Of a stretch of 64,000 nucleotides of DNA, positions 1 through 11,900 are shown piece after piece. Numbering within the stretch: the first letter of the stretch is position 1; every line of letters begins with the position of its first letter. The notes below the pieces were generated by a model. The model did no database searches and was not told the DNA's origin. It saw only the letters and a program-made list of their open reading frames with translations. The stretch comes from Callorhinchus milii. Lineage: Eukaryota. Both the position numbers and the translations under genes were made by a program. The DNA is taken from the NCBI RefSeq assembly GCF_018977255.1, contig NW_024704742.1:35094001-35158000 (forward strand). Reading direction: 5' to 3'.

Positions 1-169
1 TCAGCTCCCCTATCGACTCTCTTCCCCCTCCTCGCTCCCTCCCTTCCCTCCCCTCACCCTGACCATTTCCCCCCTGCTCGGGTCATGACCCAACTGTGCA
101 GCACCTTGGGACGTCCTCCTGACGTGAAAGGCGCTTTATAAATGGAATCTTGTTGTTGTTGTTGTTGTT
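1..169 (+). mobile_element. L2 LINE 3' end with (GTT)n tail
   Basis: ttgggacgtcctcctgacgtgaaaggcgc...aaatg + (GTT)n, same as the end of the L2 at 38690-38752. Confidence 0.8.
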
Positions 170-720
170 CTTTAGTGGTTACCAGCATATGTCCAGGTAA
201 CTTCATCAGCCTTCCTGCCATTGCCTAATAAGGTGTTATTCCTGCAGTAGAGTGAGGGGTAGGTCTAATAGCCATTAAGCACATGGGTGTAGCCACAGGC
301 CAGTGTTTGGAGTGATCTGCACAAAATTTCTTTAACATCGTTTTGAGCGTTCAGTTCCCTCTTTCAACTATCCCAGATGACTGAGGGTGGAAATGAGATA
401 TTCAATTTATGTTTTATTTCCATTAATTTCATTAAATCAGTAAAAACTTCCCCTGTGAAATGGGACCCCTGATCATTGTCCAAGGTTACAGGTATTCCCC
501 ACCTGCAGATCACCTCACAAAACAAAATACGAGCCGCAGTTAAAGCTGAACAATTCTTAACCAGAAAGGCCTCCATCCACTTAGTAAATTTATCAATGAT
601 GACTAACCCATACTTATATCCACCTTGAGCCGTGGTAAGTGGCTCAACAAAGTCAATCTGAATACTGGTTCACCATCACACAACAGCATCTGTGGAATCA
701 AGGTGGTGAGTCCGGAGATA

Positions 721-868
721 CAACAACAACAACAACTTGGATTTATTTAGCACCTTCCACACTGGACGGGGTCTCAGAGCGCTTCACAATAACGGATCCC
801 GGGGCCAAGCCAGGGGGAGGGGGAGGAAGGTGACCAAAGGCGCGGTCGAAAAGAAAGGTCTTCAGCCA
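721..868 (-). mobile_element. L2 3' fragment nested in the ERV pol, flanked by AGATA direct repeats
   Basis: Reverse complement of 33895-34040; AGATA at 716-720 and 869-873. Confidence 0.85.
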
Positions 869-1650
869 AGATAATCTCAATGTCCCTCCCTGTCAAGCAC
901 AGGATCCAATTGCTGAGTCTTTGAGATGACACCATTGTATCCCCTGGTTTCAGTAACAAATTTAAAGGTGTATGGGGCGAATGTAAGATGAGCTTCTGCA
1001 GTCCAGTGATGTAAGTGAAATGTTTTACAGCCCATAGGTGACCAACAAATGTCTCTCACATGGGTCGTATTGTTGTTCCACTCCCGTCAAAATGCGTGAA
1101 GCATAGGCAATGGAACAGTACCGACCTCCAACATGTTGGGTTAGCACAGCAGCAAGACTGTCATTTGTCCCAGCCACCTCCAGGTGGGAGGGTTACGATA
1201 GGGACGGTGCAACCAGTGTAGTAGCTTGCATCACTGCTTGTTTAAGAGAGGTGACTGCTTCACTATGTTTGACATTCCACCTGACACCAAAGGGTTGGTC
1301 ATCAGGTCCTTTTAGCAATTCATAAAGTGGTTTTCCATACTCCGAAAATTGGGGAAAGAAACTTCGCTGATACCCTACCAAACCCAAAAATGATCTTAAA
1401 GCAGTTTTGGTTCGGGATAATGGCAGTCGTTTAATTATTTCCACTTTGTGTTCATCTGGTTTCATGCCCGTGGGTGTCAACTGTAATCCCAAAAAGGTTA
1501 CCTGTTTCTGCATCAATTGGACCTTTAATCCTGCTACATGTAGTTTAGCCAATATTTGTTCCAGGAGGTGTTTATGTTGTTCTTCTGTAGTGGTGGCAAT
1601 CAAAATATCATCCACATATTGTAACACTGTCCCTGACTCATCCCGAGTGC

Positions 1651-1665
1651 ATCCCGACTACGCCA
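1651..1665 (-). promoter_or_regulatory. Primer binding site complementary to the tRNA-Ser 3' end
   Basis: Minus strand TGGCGTAGTCGG-GAT. The plus strand CCGACTACGCCA equals the last 12 nt of vertebrate tRNA-Ser (…ATCCTGCCGACTACG-CCA). Confidence 0.8.
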
Positions 1666-1673
1666 ATTTTTTT

Positions 1674-2185
1674 TGAAACATTTGCAACTATCTCCAACAA
1701 CTTTAAAATGATCTGATTCCAGTATACCAATTGGTTGTGTTAAGTCACTTTATTCAGGTCAAAACAGCAGGTAATACACAAATAAATGAAACAATAATAC
1801 ACAAGACACAAAACGGTACTACCGGATTTCTGTTACAGCACTGGTCGTCTCTCACACTGCTCCGATACAGTTCTGGAGATATATCTAACACACCTTTTTT
1901 AATGACAACTTAAATACTCCCAACAAAGCTGACTTATTAAGAAAAACAACTTCTTATATGATTATCTTCTACAAGCTTGCATAGCAACAGTCTCTACTTT
2001 CTGTATCCTTGTACTTCCTAATCTTATTTTGCCACCTTGTTTTGGGTTCTGCCATGCAGTTACTTAGCTTTGCAATCTTTGCACTTCTATTTTATATTCT
2101 TAAAGCACACTTTAGCATTAACCCACTACAACAGACAGAAACCTACTTCTGTGATCCTTCATATTATACTGTAGTTATTTCTTCA
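1674..2185 (-). mobile_element. Putative 5' LTR of the element
   Basis: Ends ...TTTCA 8 nt before the PBS. Minus-strand AATAAA at 1749-1754; TGAA...TTCA inverted termini. The far boundary (2161 or 2185) is uncertain because no second LTR is present. Confidence 0.55.
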
Positions 2186-2923
2186 GTGTAATTGTTTATG
2201 GCTTGTTCAAAAGAAAATGAAAATGATTTAAGGGCATCCAATAGGTTCAAAAAAGGTGGTTGGATCATTACAACTACTGCTGAATGTTTTGAAATTGACT
2301 AGACTAACTTTTTCTCATTTGTGTAACCTTATAAAAAATATCAAATGCAGCAGGAGATTGAATGGACCAACAGAGCCAGGAATGTGACAAAAAGCCATGG
2401 GACACAGTGAAGAGCCAGAGATTTAGGAGAAACTTGTTGAATGTACAGAATTTCCATACTGAAAGAATCATTACTTTTCAGCTCATCAGCTGGAGTCAAT
2501 TTTTCCAGATGTCCCAGTTCTGAGACCATTAAAATTTAAGATTGTGCACAATTTGGAGTTCTTAATTTGGTGCTATGACAATAAAGAATGTCACATTTTT
2601 GGTCCCCAAAAGCATTGACGACAAAACCAACGTGGCATTGTGCCAGGGAAAGTATAGAAGGAGTTAAATTTCGCCCACAAATATTCAGTCACTTCACTTT
2701 ACAGTCTATTCTGTGGAGCCCTTTGAGACGTCTAGAAGATGTGAAGAGCGCTATATCAAATGCAAGGATTATTATTATTATTAAATGTGTTATTTTATCA
2801 TGGTAGGACTATATTCCATTCAGTCTACTAGGAAAATGAATTTTATGTATTTATTTCACATCTTTTTTTCTTTCTTTTCCAGAGCTTTTCCACCTTTGAA
2901 GCTATTCTCCATTAAAGAAGAAA

Positions 2924-2938
2924 ATGTCAACCACATGG
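2924..2938 (+). CDS. ANXA3: ANXA3 coding exon 1 (MSTTW); exon probably starts at 2883
   Basis: Long pyrimidine tract and AG at 2881-2882, aaaATG at 2924, donor gtaagt at 2939. Same 15-nt coding size as the human ANXA3 MASIW exon. Confidence 0.85.
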
Positions 2939-5900
2939 GTAAGTTACAAATATTAACCACTATGAAGTCTGGCTGGGTGAAGGCTATTTCCGTTTTGAAT
3001 TTTTTTACATGTGTCGAGTGTAATAGTGTGACCTGCGAGCTTGGAACTATAACCTAATTGTACTGCAGTTAGCATTGATTCAGTGTCGTATAATTCAGGT
3101 TTTAGGGCCATTGATTCAATTTTATTGAACTTAAGATACTGTAACATCTGGTTTTATGCTGCTGCTTATTCCAGTCATTTTTGACTCAGTTTAAATAAGT
3201 ATAAGGCAGTCCATTGGGACTCCTACAGACCTTTTAATGTTAAAGTGCTTGACAGGCAACTGGCTCACCAGTAACATTAAGGAAGTAACAGCCTTTTGAT
3301 GCCATGCAGGGTAGCTCTGTGTTGAATGTGCAGAGCTCCCAGCAACCATTAGCACAGTGCTGCAGAAAACCATGTCACAAAAGATTTTGCTCCACAAAAC
3401 TACTGAGAACAAGAAAAAGCTATTCAGCCTATTCCAACAGTTTATTAAATATTGGCAGATATTTAGGTCCAACACCTACCCTTTCACAAAACCCCTTAAT
3501 ATTTCTGCTATTCACGCATTTATCTATTTCTCACGTAAACATACTTATTGAGGCTTAGCAACTAAAAAAGTTTGTAATTTCCTTATAGTTGTTGGTGGTT
3601 TCAGGAGCTAAACCTGCTTCCAAACTCTCTAAATATAAGCCAATGGTTTCTCTTTTTGTTGCTACTGCTCTTCCCTTGTGTATCTGCTGCAAATGGAAAT
3701 GAAGAATGCGACTTGTTTAAAAACAATTTTTTTTAGAGATTGTTTGAGAAATTGTGCCATAAACAACCAGTACTCATAAGGACGTAAGAAAATACTCAAG
3801 AACATGCCCATGCTCATCTGGCTTTAAATGTTAGTTTGACTAAATTTAATTTTTCTGAAGTGAAAGATTACAGGAATGGATTAAAGAGTGAATCTTTAAT
3901 TACTTAATTTAGCAACATGGACTATTATGTGGCATTTGGTTTTGTTCATTGTAATTAGATGTGGGAGAGTGGACTGTCCTCAAATCAGATACTGTATAAT
4001 CTTGTGTGTATTGATGTGGTTTTTGTTTCACAATTCAGACTTTCAGTCCATAAATGTGGAAAAATCTTTTCAGAATGCCTCTTTCGTATCCCTTCAGTGA
4101 TGATCACTAATAGACACTATCCAAATGCAACTTTCATTTAGGCTGCTGTAAGAAGTGGTTCTATAGATTTACAGTAATGTATATAGTCACAGCAAAATCT
4201 TGTGAAGAGCTTTGAGAAGTTTTAACAATGTTATATGGTTGTGTATCAAACGCTAGCATTATTATATATCATCCCAAAATAGCATCTGATATGTAAGAAG
4301 ATGGCTTAAGTATCCTGGATGAGATGCTCTAAAATGTAAGATGTCCTATATTGGATAATGCTCAAGATATAAGAATATAGACAGTGCGTATATATCTTAC
4401 ATGTACGCTCGACTGGCACCAGCCTCCTGCTCGTCCCTTACACCCTCTGCCCACCATTAGAGGTTGCACTTTCAGCCACTACACCCCAAAACTCTGGAAC
4501 ACTCTCTTTCAATTCCTCCACCTTGCCCCCTCTCTCCCCTTTTTCAAGCCCCGCCTGAAAACTTTCCATTTCGACCATGCTTACAGCCACTTCCCCACCC
4601 AGCTTGGAGTCAGGCTCCGCCAGTGTTAAGCGCTCTGAAACACTACCCTGCATGGAGGGCGCTATATAAGTGCAAGTTGTTGTTGTATATACATCTCTCT
4701 GTTGGATAGTAAGTGAAAATATTCCCAAAATATTAATTAGCATTGGGAAGTTCTTCCAGTGTATGAATATGATTTTAATTTAGTGATGCTGAAATTGGCT
4801 TCAAACTGTTTTGCATAATTTTACTGTCTTTAGATTCAATTTTAATTCACCAATTCAATAACTTGCAACAACAATACTTGCCAATGCATTTCACTGTCTG
4901 TCCCAGAAACTACCCCTTTCATATTTCGTGTTTGTTTGACTGAAACTGTTTTTTTTAATCAGATTTTATAGGAACTTTCTGAAGCTGACCAATACTCTGC
5001 TCTGACAAGAATTTGTAACTCTCGTTTCACCAAAGAAAAATCAAGGACTTTAACAACACACAATTTCATTTGCTCATTATTTTATTCACAGGGTTTAGTA
5101 AAAATTATAATTCAACCAAACGTATACATACATACATAAACCATACATACAATACGCCTAATAATAATCCCTCCAAAACAAAACAATAATAAATTGGTCA
5201 CTTTCACTCTATGACTGTTTGTGGGACATTGCTGTGCGCAATTGGCTGCCGCGTTCGCCCACAAATATACAGTCAATTCACTTTACAGTGTGTTCTGTGA
5301 AGCGCTTTGGGACGTCCTCCGACGTGAAAAGCGCTATATCAAATGCAAGGATTATTTATTATTATTATAATAACATAACGTAACGCTGGTCTGAATCTTA
5401 GAAGAAGAGTCAAGGAAATTTAGTTGTAAAGTCAGGTTAAATAAGAAATACAAGCATCGCAATCAATCCTATGTAAGTGCCTCAGAGGGCAAATACAATG
5501 CAGTATGATCTTTGTTAAATGTCTCTCAGACGTGTTACATTTTAGGTCATTTCTTGAGTTTGACCGGCATGGCTCAGTTGAGTTGTCTAAAATTTTGACC
5601 ATTGTGGCCCAGTTTTTGTCATTCATTCGCGGTGTCTTGTTTCTTAGAGCCATCTCTTTGAATCTTCCTTCTTAGGTCTCATACATTGTCGCTGCTTTAG
5701 CAGTTAATGGGTATTTTAAGTTTTGATAAATCTACAGTCTTTTATTTCTGTTTACCAGAGTAATTTGAAAGTTTCTTTCTCATCTCCCATTTCTCTTCTA
5801 TTTCTACATTGCAGAGCTATAGAAATTCTGTTTGTTACATTTTTTGCTTTTGATTTTCTCATTCTCTACTCTAAATCCAATCTCTCAAATGGGACTCATT

Positions 5901-8900
5901 CAATACCACTTAAGTAGCCATTCTATCAATATCCTACATTGATACTTCAGGAAAAGAACTTGGATTTTATATAGCACCCTTCACATGGAGTAATATCGTG
6001 GGAGGGCTTAATGCACAACCAGGGAGTGCCTACTATCTACAAGACTTCCATGGTTTGGGTTGACCTCCTTTATCCAACCAACAACCAGATCCACCTCTGA
6101 CTTGACTGCATTTCAAATCCCTTTACAACAATAACAACAACAAGATTACATTTGTATAGCACCTTTCAAGTCGGGAAGATGTCCCAAGGCGCTGGACAGT
6201 GTACATCATTTCAGGCCTGAGCTGGGGTCAGGGCAGGAGAGGGGAGGAGAAGGGGGTGACCGATAGGATGGTTGAAGAGGAGGTTTTGAGGGGGACTTGA
6301 AGGAGGCTAAGGAGGGGGCGAGGTGGAGTAATTGAGGGATGGAATTCCAGAGGTTGGTGGCAGAGTGGCAGAAGGCTCTCCCGCCAATGGTGAGGCGGGT
6401 GGGTCGGGGGACGTGAAGCAGGCCAGAGCCGGCTGAGCTGAGGGAGCGGGCAGGTTGGTAGACAGTTAGGAGGTCGCATGGGGTGAGGCTATCGAGGGCT
6501 TTGTAGGTGAGGACCAGAATCTTGAACTGGATTCTCTGAAGTATAGGGAGCCAATGGAGTCGGGGGAGATGGGGTCACTGAGTTTGGTGCAGGAGAGGAC
6601 ACGGGCTGCAGAGTTCTGGATTATCTGCAGCCTGTGGAGGGAGGAGTTGGGAAGGCTGACAAGCAGAGCATTTGCACAGTTGAGCCTGGAGGTGGTGAAG
6701 GCATGAACAAGAGTTTCAGTGACCTGAGGGGTGAGGTAGTGGCGGAGTCGGGTGATGTTCCGGAGTTGAGGGAAGGCAGAGCGGGTCATGGCTTGGATGT
6801 GGGCAAGAAAAGACGGTTGAGGGTCGACCAAGACACCTAGGTCCCTGACTGGCTATGGTGAGTTGAAGTGTGCAACCATGGAGGTTGATGCTGCCAGAGC
6901 ACACTGCACAATCGAAACTCCTTTATGAATGCTTGAGGGGGATGAGGAGCCATTGTCATTGCAAAGTATCATTCCCTTTCCAAAATAACCAGTTTCTTTG
7001 TTAAACGGTGTTTAAGTTTAATTTGCAGAGTAGAGTTTTCTCTCATTCATTCTCCAGCTCTATTTATTTGTGCTAATAATTTATCCAAACCTCTACTTCA
7101 GTTCCTCTTTGTCTGTATCTGAGTTGATCGTTTTGATAAAAGTGTCATTATTGCACACCGTGTCAGTCTGTCTCAGTGTGAGCATTCTAACCTCTGAGTT
7201 GGAAGATTGTGGGTTCAAGCCCCACATCAGAACATGAACCCGTATCGTTTAAGCTGACGCTCCAATGTATGCTGGGAGAGCATTGCCTTGTCGGAGGTGA
7301 CTTTCAGATGAGACATTAAACCAAGGTCCTGTCTGCATTTTCAGGTGGATATTAAAGATCCCATGGCACTTTTCAAAAAGAGAAGGGAGTTTCTCCCGGT
7401 GTCCTGGCCAACAATTCCCCAAATAAAATTGTTCTCTCCTTTCTGGACTGTTTGTGGGACATTGCTGTGCACAATTGTGCTGCATCTTTTGTGTACAAAT
7501 ACACAATCACTCCTCCTCGCAGTAAATCCTGTGAAGCACTTTAGGACGTCCTCCCAACATGAAACCTACTACACCAAATGCAAGGATTATTGATAATAAT
7601 GAAAATAACTGCCCTTATATGAAGAGCTGGACAGGGATCATCTTATTTGGATTCGATGTTGCCTTTTCATATGTTTCCAGTAACAGTAGCTCAATCGTGC
7701 CCTCGGGCTGAAATTTGACTAAATTCAGACCACTTTGCGCTGTTTCTTGACGGGGGGGAAAAAGTCTTAACTTTTTATTCCTCCTGTGTGTGTGCAATTC
7801 CTGGGAACACTAGTGGAACAAGTAGCTGATCATTTTGTATTTGTCTCTTTACATTTCTTTCTGGTTGTCAGTCTAATGGTGAGGCGTGTGATTCCTGGTG
7901 GTCTCATGGTGAATGTGTATCAGAGGGAAGTAACGGTGATGGTGGGGAGCAAACTGGACCCGCTCTATGTGGCCGTTATGCGCTTGTGAGTATGTTTCAG
8001 TCTTGCATGGTGGTGTTGGGATGGGAATGGAGGAAATGTGTCCTGTAATCTTAGATTGTTTGTGAGGATCAGTCACAATATATTCAGCTTGCCCAACTAC
8101 TTTGGAGTGAGGGCATTTTACATTTCATGTAAAATGGGTGAAAAGCACTGTAGCTAACTTGCATTGCTATTCAGTCTTTTGGCACTGCAAAGTGTTTGGT
8201 TACAAACAGGAATTTGCACTTCTGATGAATTGGGGGCCCTATAAGGAAGAAAGCAAGCACGAAGATGGCACTATATTGTACTTCACTGAGTAGAATCATT
8301 GGCAATGTACCAAGATACTAATGTGCTAGATTCTTCAAATTGCTCTCAATGGGATGTTAATTGGAGCTGTAGCCAGGGTTTGAGGAAGAAAGTGGGTGTG
8401 GTTTAGGAAGTTAATTGTAACAAATTCCTATTTACTGGTAGACAATTAAAAAAATGTAAATCACTGCTGGTTGGTGGTGGGATGATACCCTCTTATCCTG
8501 GAGAACTTTAACCTCCCCCCACCCCAACCCCCCCAGTTAGCAGAAGGCGGGGGCTGCATTCTACTCTCCAAGTCTGAAAATCAAAGTTGCCTAACTCTTC
8601 AAGAAATTCCTTGTATTAGATAAAAAATATTGCTTGGAGTTTCAGGCTTATTCAGTTGCATGGATTTGAAACTAAAGTACAGTGTTAGCATCAGTGTTGG
8701 TTAAAGGGTCTCTGGAACATATGGGTCAACAATTGGAGCACAAGTTATCACCAATAATAATTATCAAGGTCTAAAAAGTTAGGAGTCAATAGTTACCATG
8801 GAAGGGGGAACGTAGAAACAGAAGGAGGCCATTCAGCTCTTCGTGCCTGTTCCGCCATTTAATTAGATCATGGCTAATCTGTACCTCAACTAATCCTTTT

Positions 8901-11900
8901 AATTCCAATTTCTGGCTTCCTCTCCGTATTCCTTAATACCCTGACCTACCAAAAATCTATCAACCTCACTCTTGAAGGTGTGGCTGGATCCAGCATCCAC
9001 AGCCTTTTGGGGGCGAGTGGGGGGCAGTGATTAATCGCTTTTAGCTGCATGTGGTTAATGTGATATCACAAGCCGCAGTTTGACCTAATAAAAGATTAAA
9101 TGAAATCAAACTATCATTCTCTTCAATGTAATATGAAATAGTGTAGGGAGTAGGCAATTGCACTGCGGGTTCCTTGGAGTAGCCCTGTGGAGCAATGCCA
9201 AATGCAGTGTATGTAGTAATCCAATGCATTATCTAAAGGTAGCCAGCCTATCTGGCTCAGCATTCAGCTTTGGAGGTGTATCTGTTGCAGGAGCTAAATT
9301 GCTAATGGTTTAGGCAACCCTACTGGTCGGCAATACTCTGTAAGTGATGTGTACTAGGATAAGCTTTGCAGTTGCTATTCAAGTGGTTCTGTGCAATCCT
9401 GCAGACAGATTGAATTATAGTGTTAATATAGTCAGCTTACTAAAGCATATAATATGGGCTGGTGATAGCAGTGGCCTATAAATGGGTCTCCCAGGACTAC
9501 TGGTCACTACTAAATGGTGAATCCAAATAATATGTTTGATATAACCACAGACTCCATAACTCTGGCACATACTTCAGCCAGAGGAGAAGATGTGTTGAAC
9601 ATTTAACTGCTGTACTTCACACAGAAGGTGTTGAATGTGTGGAACAGATTGTCCTGGGAGGCAGGAGGATTGCCAATAGCAGAAAATTCAAGAGTACCTG
9701 TGTAATGTTGATGAAAAACATATTTTTACGCTTTTTTAAGTGCACATTTTTAAGTGCACAAATTGGGGATTATATGGCATTTTACAAACTCTGGGATCTG
9801 AGCAGATGGGCTGCGCTGAACTTTTCCACCTTATCCATTTTGTACAGGACAGGAACAGGGTCATGTAACAATACCAACTGAGAGGTCTGGAAGAATGTCC
9901 TTGGATAACTCTACTCCAGTTGGTTAAAGTCACTGCCTCTGTTTAGCTAAGATTTGGACCATAGGCTCAATCCTACAATCTTGCCACTGTTGCTGGAAAA
10001 GACTAAATACCAACACAATTCCCCACTTTAAAGATGGAAGAGATTTAATTGGGAATGAAACCTGCTGGGAATCAAACCCAGAGACCACACCCAGCAGGAT
10101 GAAATGTTGGGCAAGTTTCCTTTTTCCACACACATGCCTCAGTTTACCTAGTGGTAAGTAGTCCATTGGGGGATGGCTTTTCCGGTGGTAATAATTCCTT
10201 CATAAAAATAATAACAATAAATTGGTCACTCAATCCACAACTGTTTGTGGGACACTGCTGTGCTCAATTGGCTGCTTCGTTTCGCCCACAAAATACACAG
10301 TCAATTCATGTTACAGTATATTTTGTGAAGTGCTTTGAAATGTCTTGAAGACATGATAAGGCCCTATATCAAATGCAAGGATTAATATTAAATCCAAAAT
10401 GTTAGGTAAGGTAATATTTCCTATACCATCTAGAACCATCTCATGTATGTGGGCACGTACATAATTGTGCAAATTCAATCTCAACAGCCAATCTGGAGCA
10501 CTAAATAAAATGAGGAACATATTTTCAATAGGGAACTTGCTTTGATGTAAAGCACAATTTTGGGTTTTCTTCAGTCGAGGTTTTCAAGATCTATTTATGT
10601 AGCATGCTGCAATCTTCCAATTATAGGGCAGGCAGGATTCTTGCTTAAAATAACCATCTGGCATTTTCCAATATTGTGTGTTTAATGAAAATTTGCAGCT
10701 TCTGGCTCCTAGATTGTTCTGTTGCTAGTATAATCATAATGTACTTTCTCTTTGGAAAACATAATTTGATGTGCAATTTGGTGAAGTTTTTGTGAGGACC
10801 AGTTGTACGTTGTCTCTTCACTAATTACATAACACCAACACAGGCTCCTGTAGTGACACATTCCCCATTGCCACAAAGTGCAACAGCATTGATCATATAT
10901 TTGTCCTAACACAATTTACCTCAGCGTAAATTGCCAGTGACTGTACTTAGTGATATAAGGAATTTCTCTTCAAAGTTACTGTCCAAAACACTGGTGGCAA
11001 ATACAGGAAAATCCCTGGTATAATGTGGCTCATAAGAATACTGATTTACTTTTAGCTTAATTAGCTTGCTTTTTCTCATCCAAAATGTGCAAATCAATTT
11101 CAATCTGTGCTTCAAAATGCCAGCTAGCGCACTGGAAGCTAAAATGTACAGGAAGTGAAACAAAAACGGAGAGAGAGCTGGGAAACTCAGCAAGTCAGGC
11201 AGCATCTATGGAGAAAGGAAAGTGAGTCAACGACCAGGTTGTGGACCCGAAACATTGACTCACTTTCCTTTCTCCAGAGGTGCTGCCTGACTTGCTGAGT
11301 TTTCCCAGCTCTCTCTGTTTTTGTTTCAGATTCCAGCATCTGCAGTATTTTGTGTTTTGTACAGGAAGTGAGGTTGGAAGAAACCTAATGGCATGGTAGT
11401 TGGACATTTGACTTCCCATTTGGCCAGCGTTTTGAAGCAACTATGGAGCATGCTTTCTGCACAATGCAAAATGAATGTGGAAGTGCTGACTAGGATCTTG
11501 CCCTGTTATAGCACAAGTTGGGATTTTATAGAACCCCAAATACTATTTTTATAGGGCTCTAATATATCTATGAGTCAGATATTAAAGATTCTAAATGTAC
11601 AATATTTTGTAAATATTTGTGTTGATGATACCAGAATTTTGTTTTAACAAAATGGGGCATTATTTTATTGGAATACCAGAATTCTCTTGCAGGACCCAGG
11701 AAGTTAAAGGGTATTTAATTCCACTAGTCAAAAGGATCTATAATTCTATGAACCATCAGGACCACACCAATACTATTGTCTCTCAAGCCAAGATGAAACA
11801 AATTTAAAATTCCTTTTGCAGTGCTTTCTGTGTAACATTAATGGACATTTTTGTGCTCTCTGACAAAATTATGCAAAACAAAACTCTACTAATTGAAGTG

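Larger units (their letters stand above)
170..2185 (-). mobile_element. Internally deleted endogenous retrovirus-like / LTR element (LTR-PBS-RT-tether-IN)
   Basis: Minus strand: RT LQYVDDILIAT...VTFLG...LRSFLGLVGY (1627-1193); degenerate RNase-H-like segment (IAYASRIL..E..Y..CERHLL, 1190-670); integrase IQIDF..YKYGLVIIDKFTKWMEAF..RWGIP..DNDQGSHFT..HPQSSGIVER (665-170). Stops and frameshifts throughout. Confidence 0.88.

Noticed and set aside
7870..8076. His/Pro-rich minus-strand ORF
   Set aside because: Short, with no splice or domain support; likely an unidentified decayed retroelement piece.
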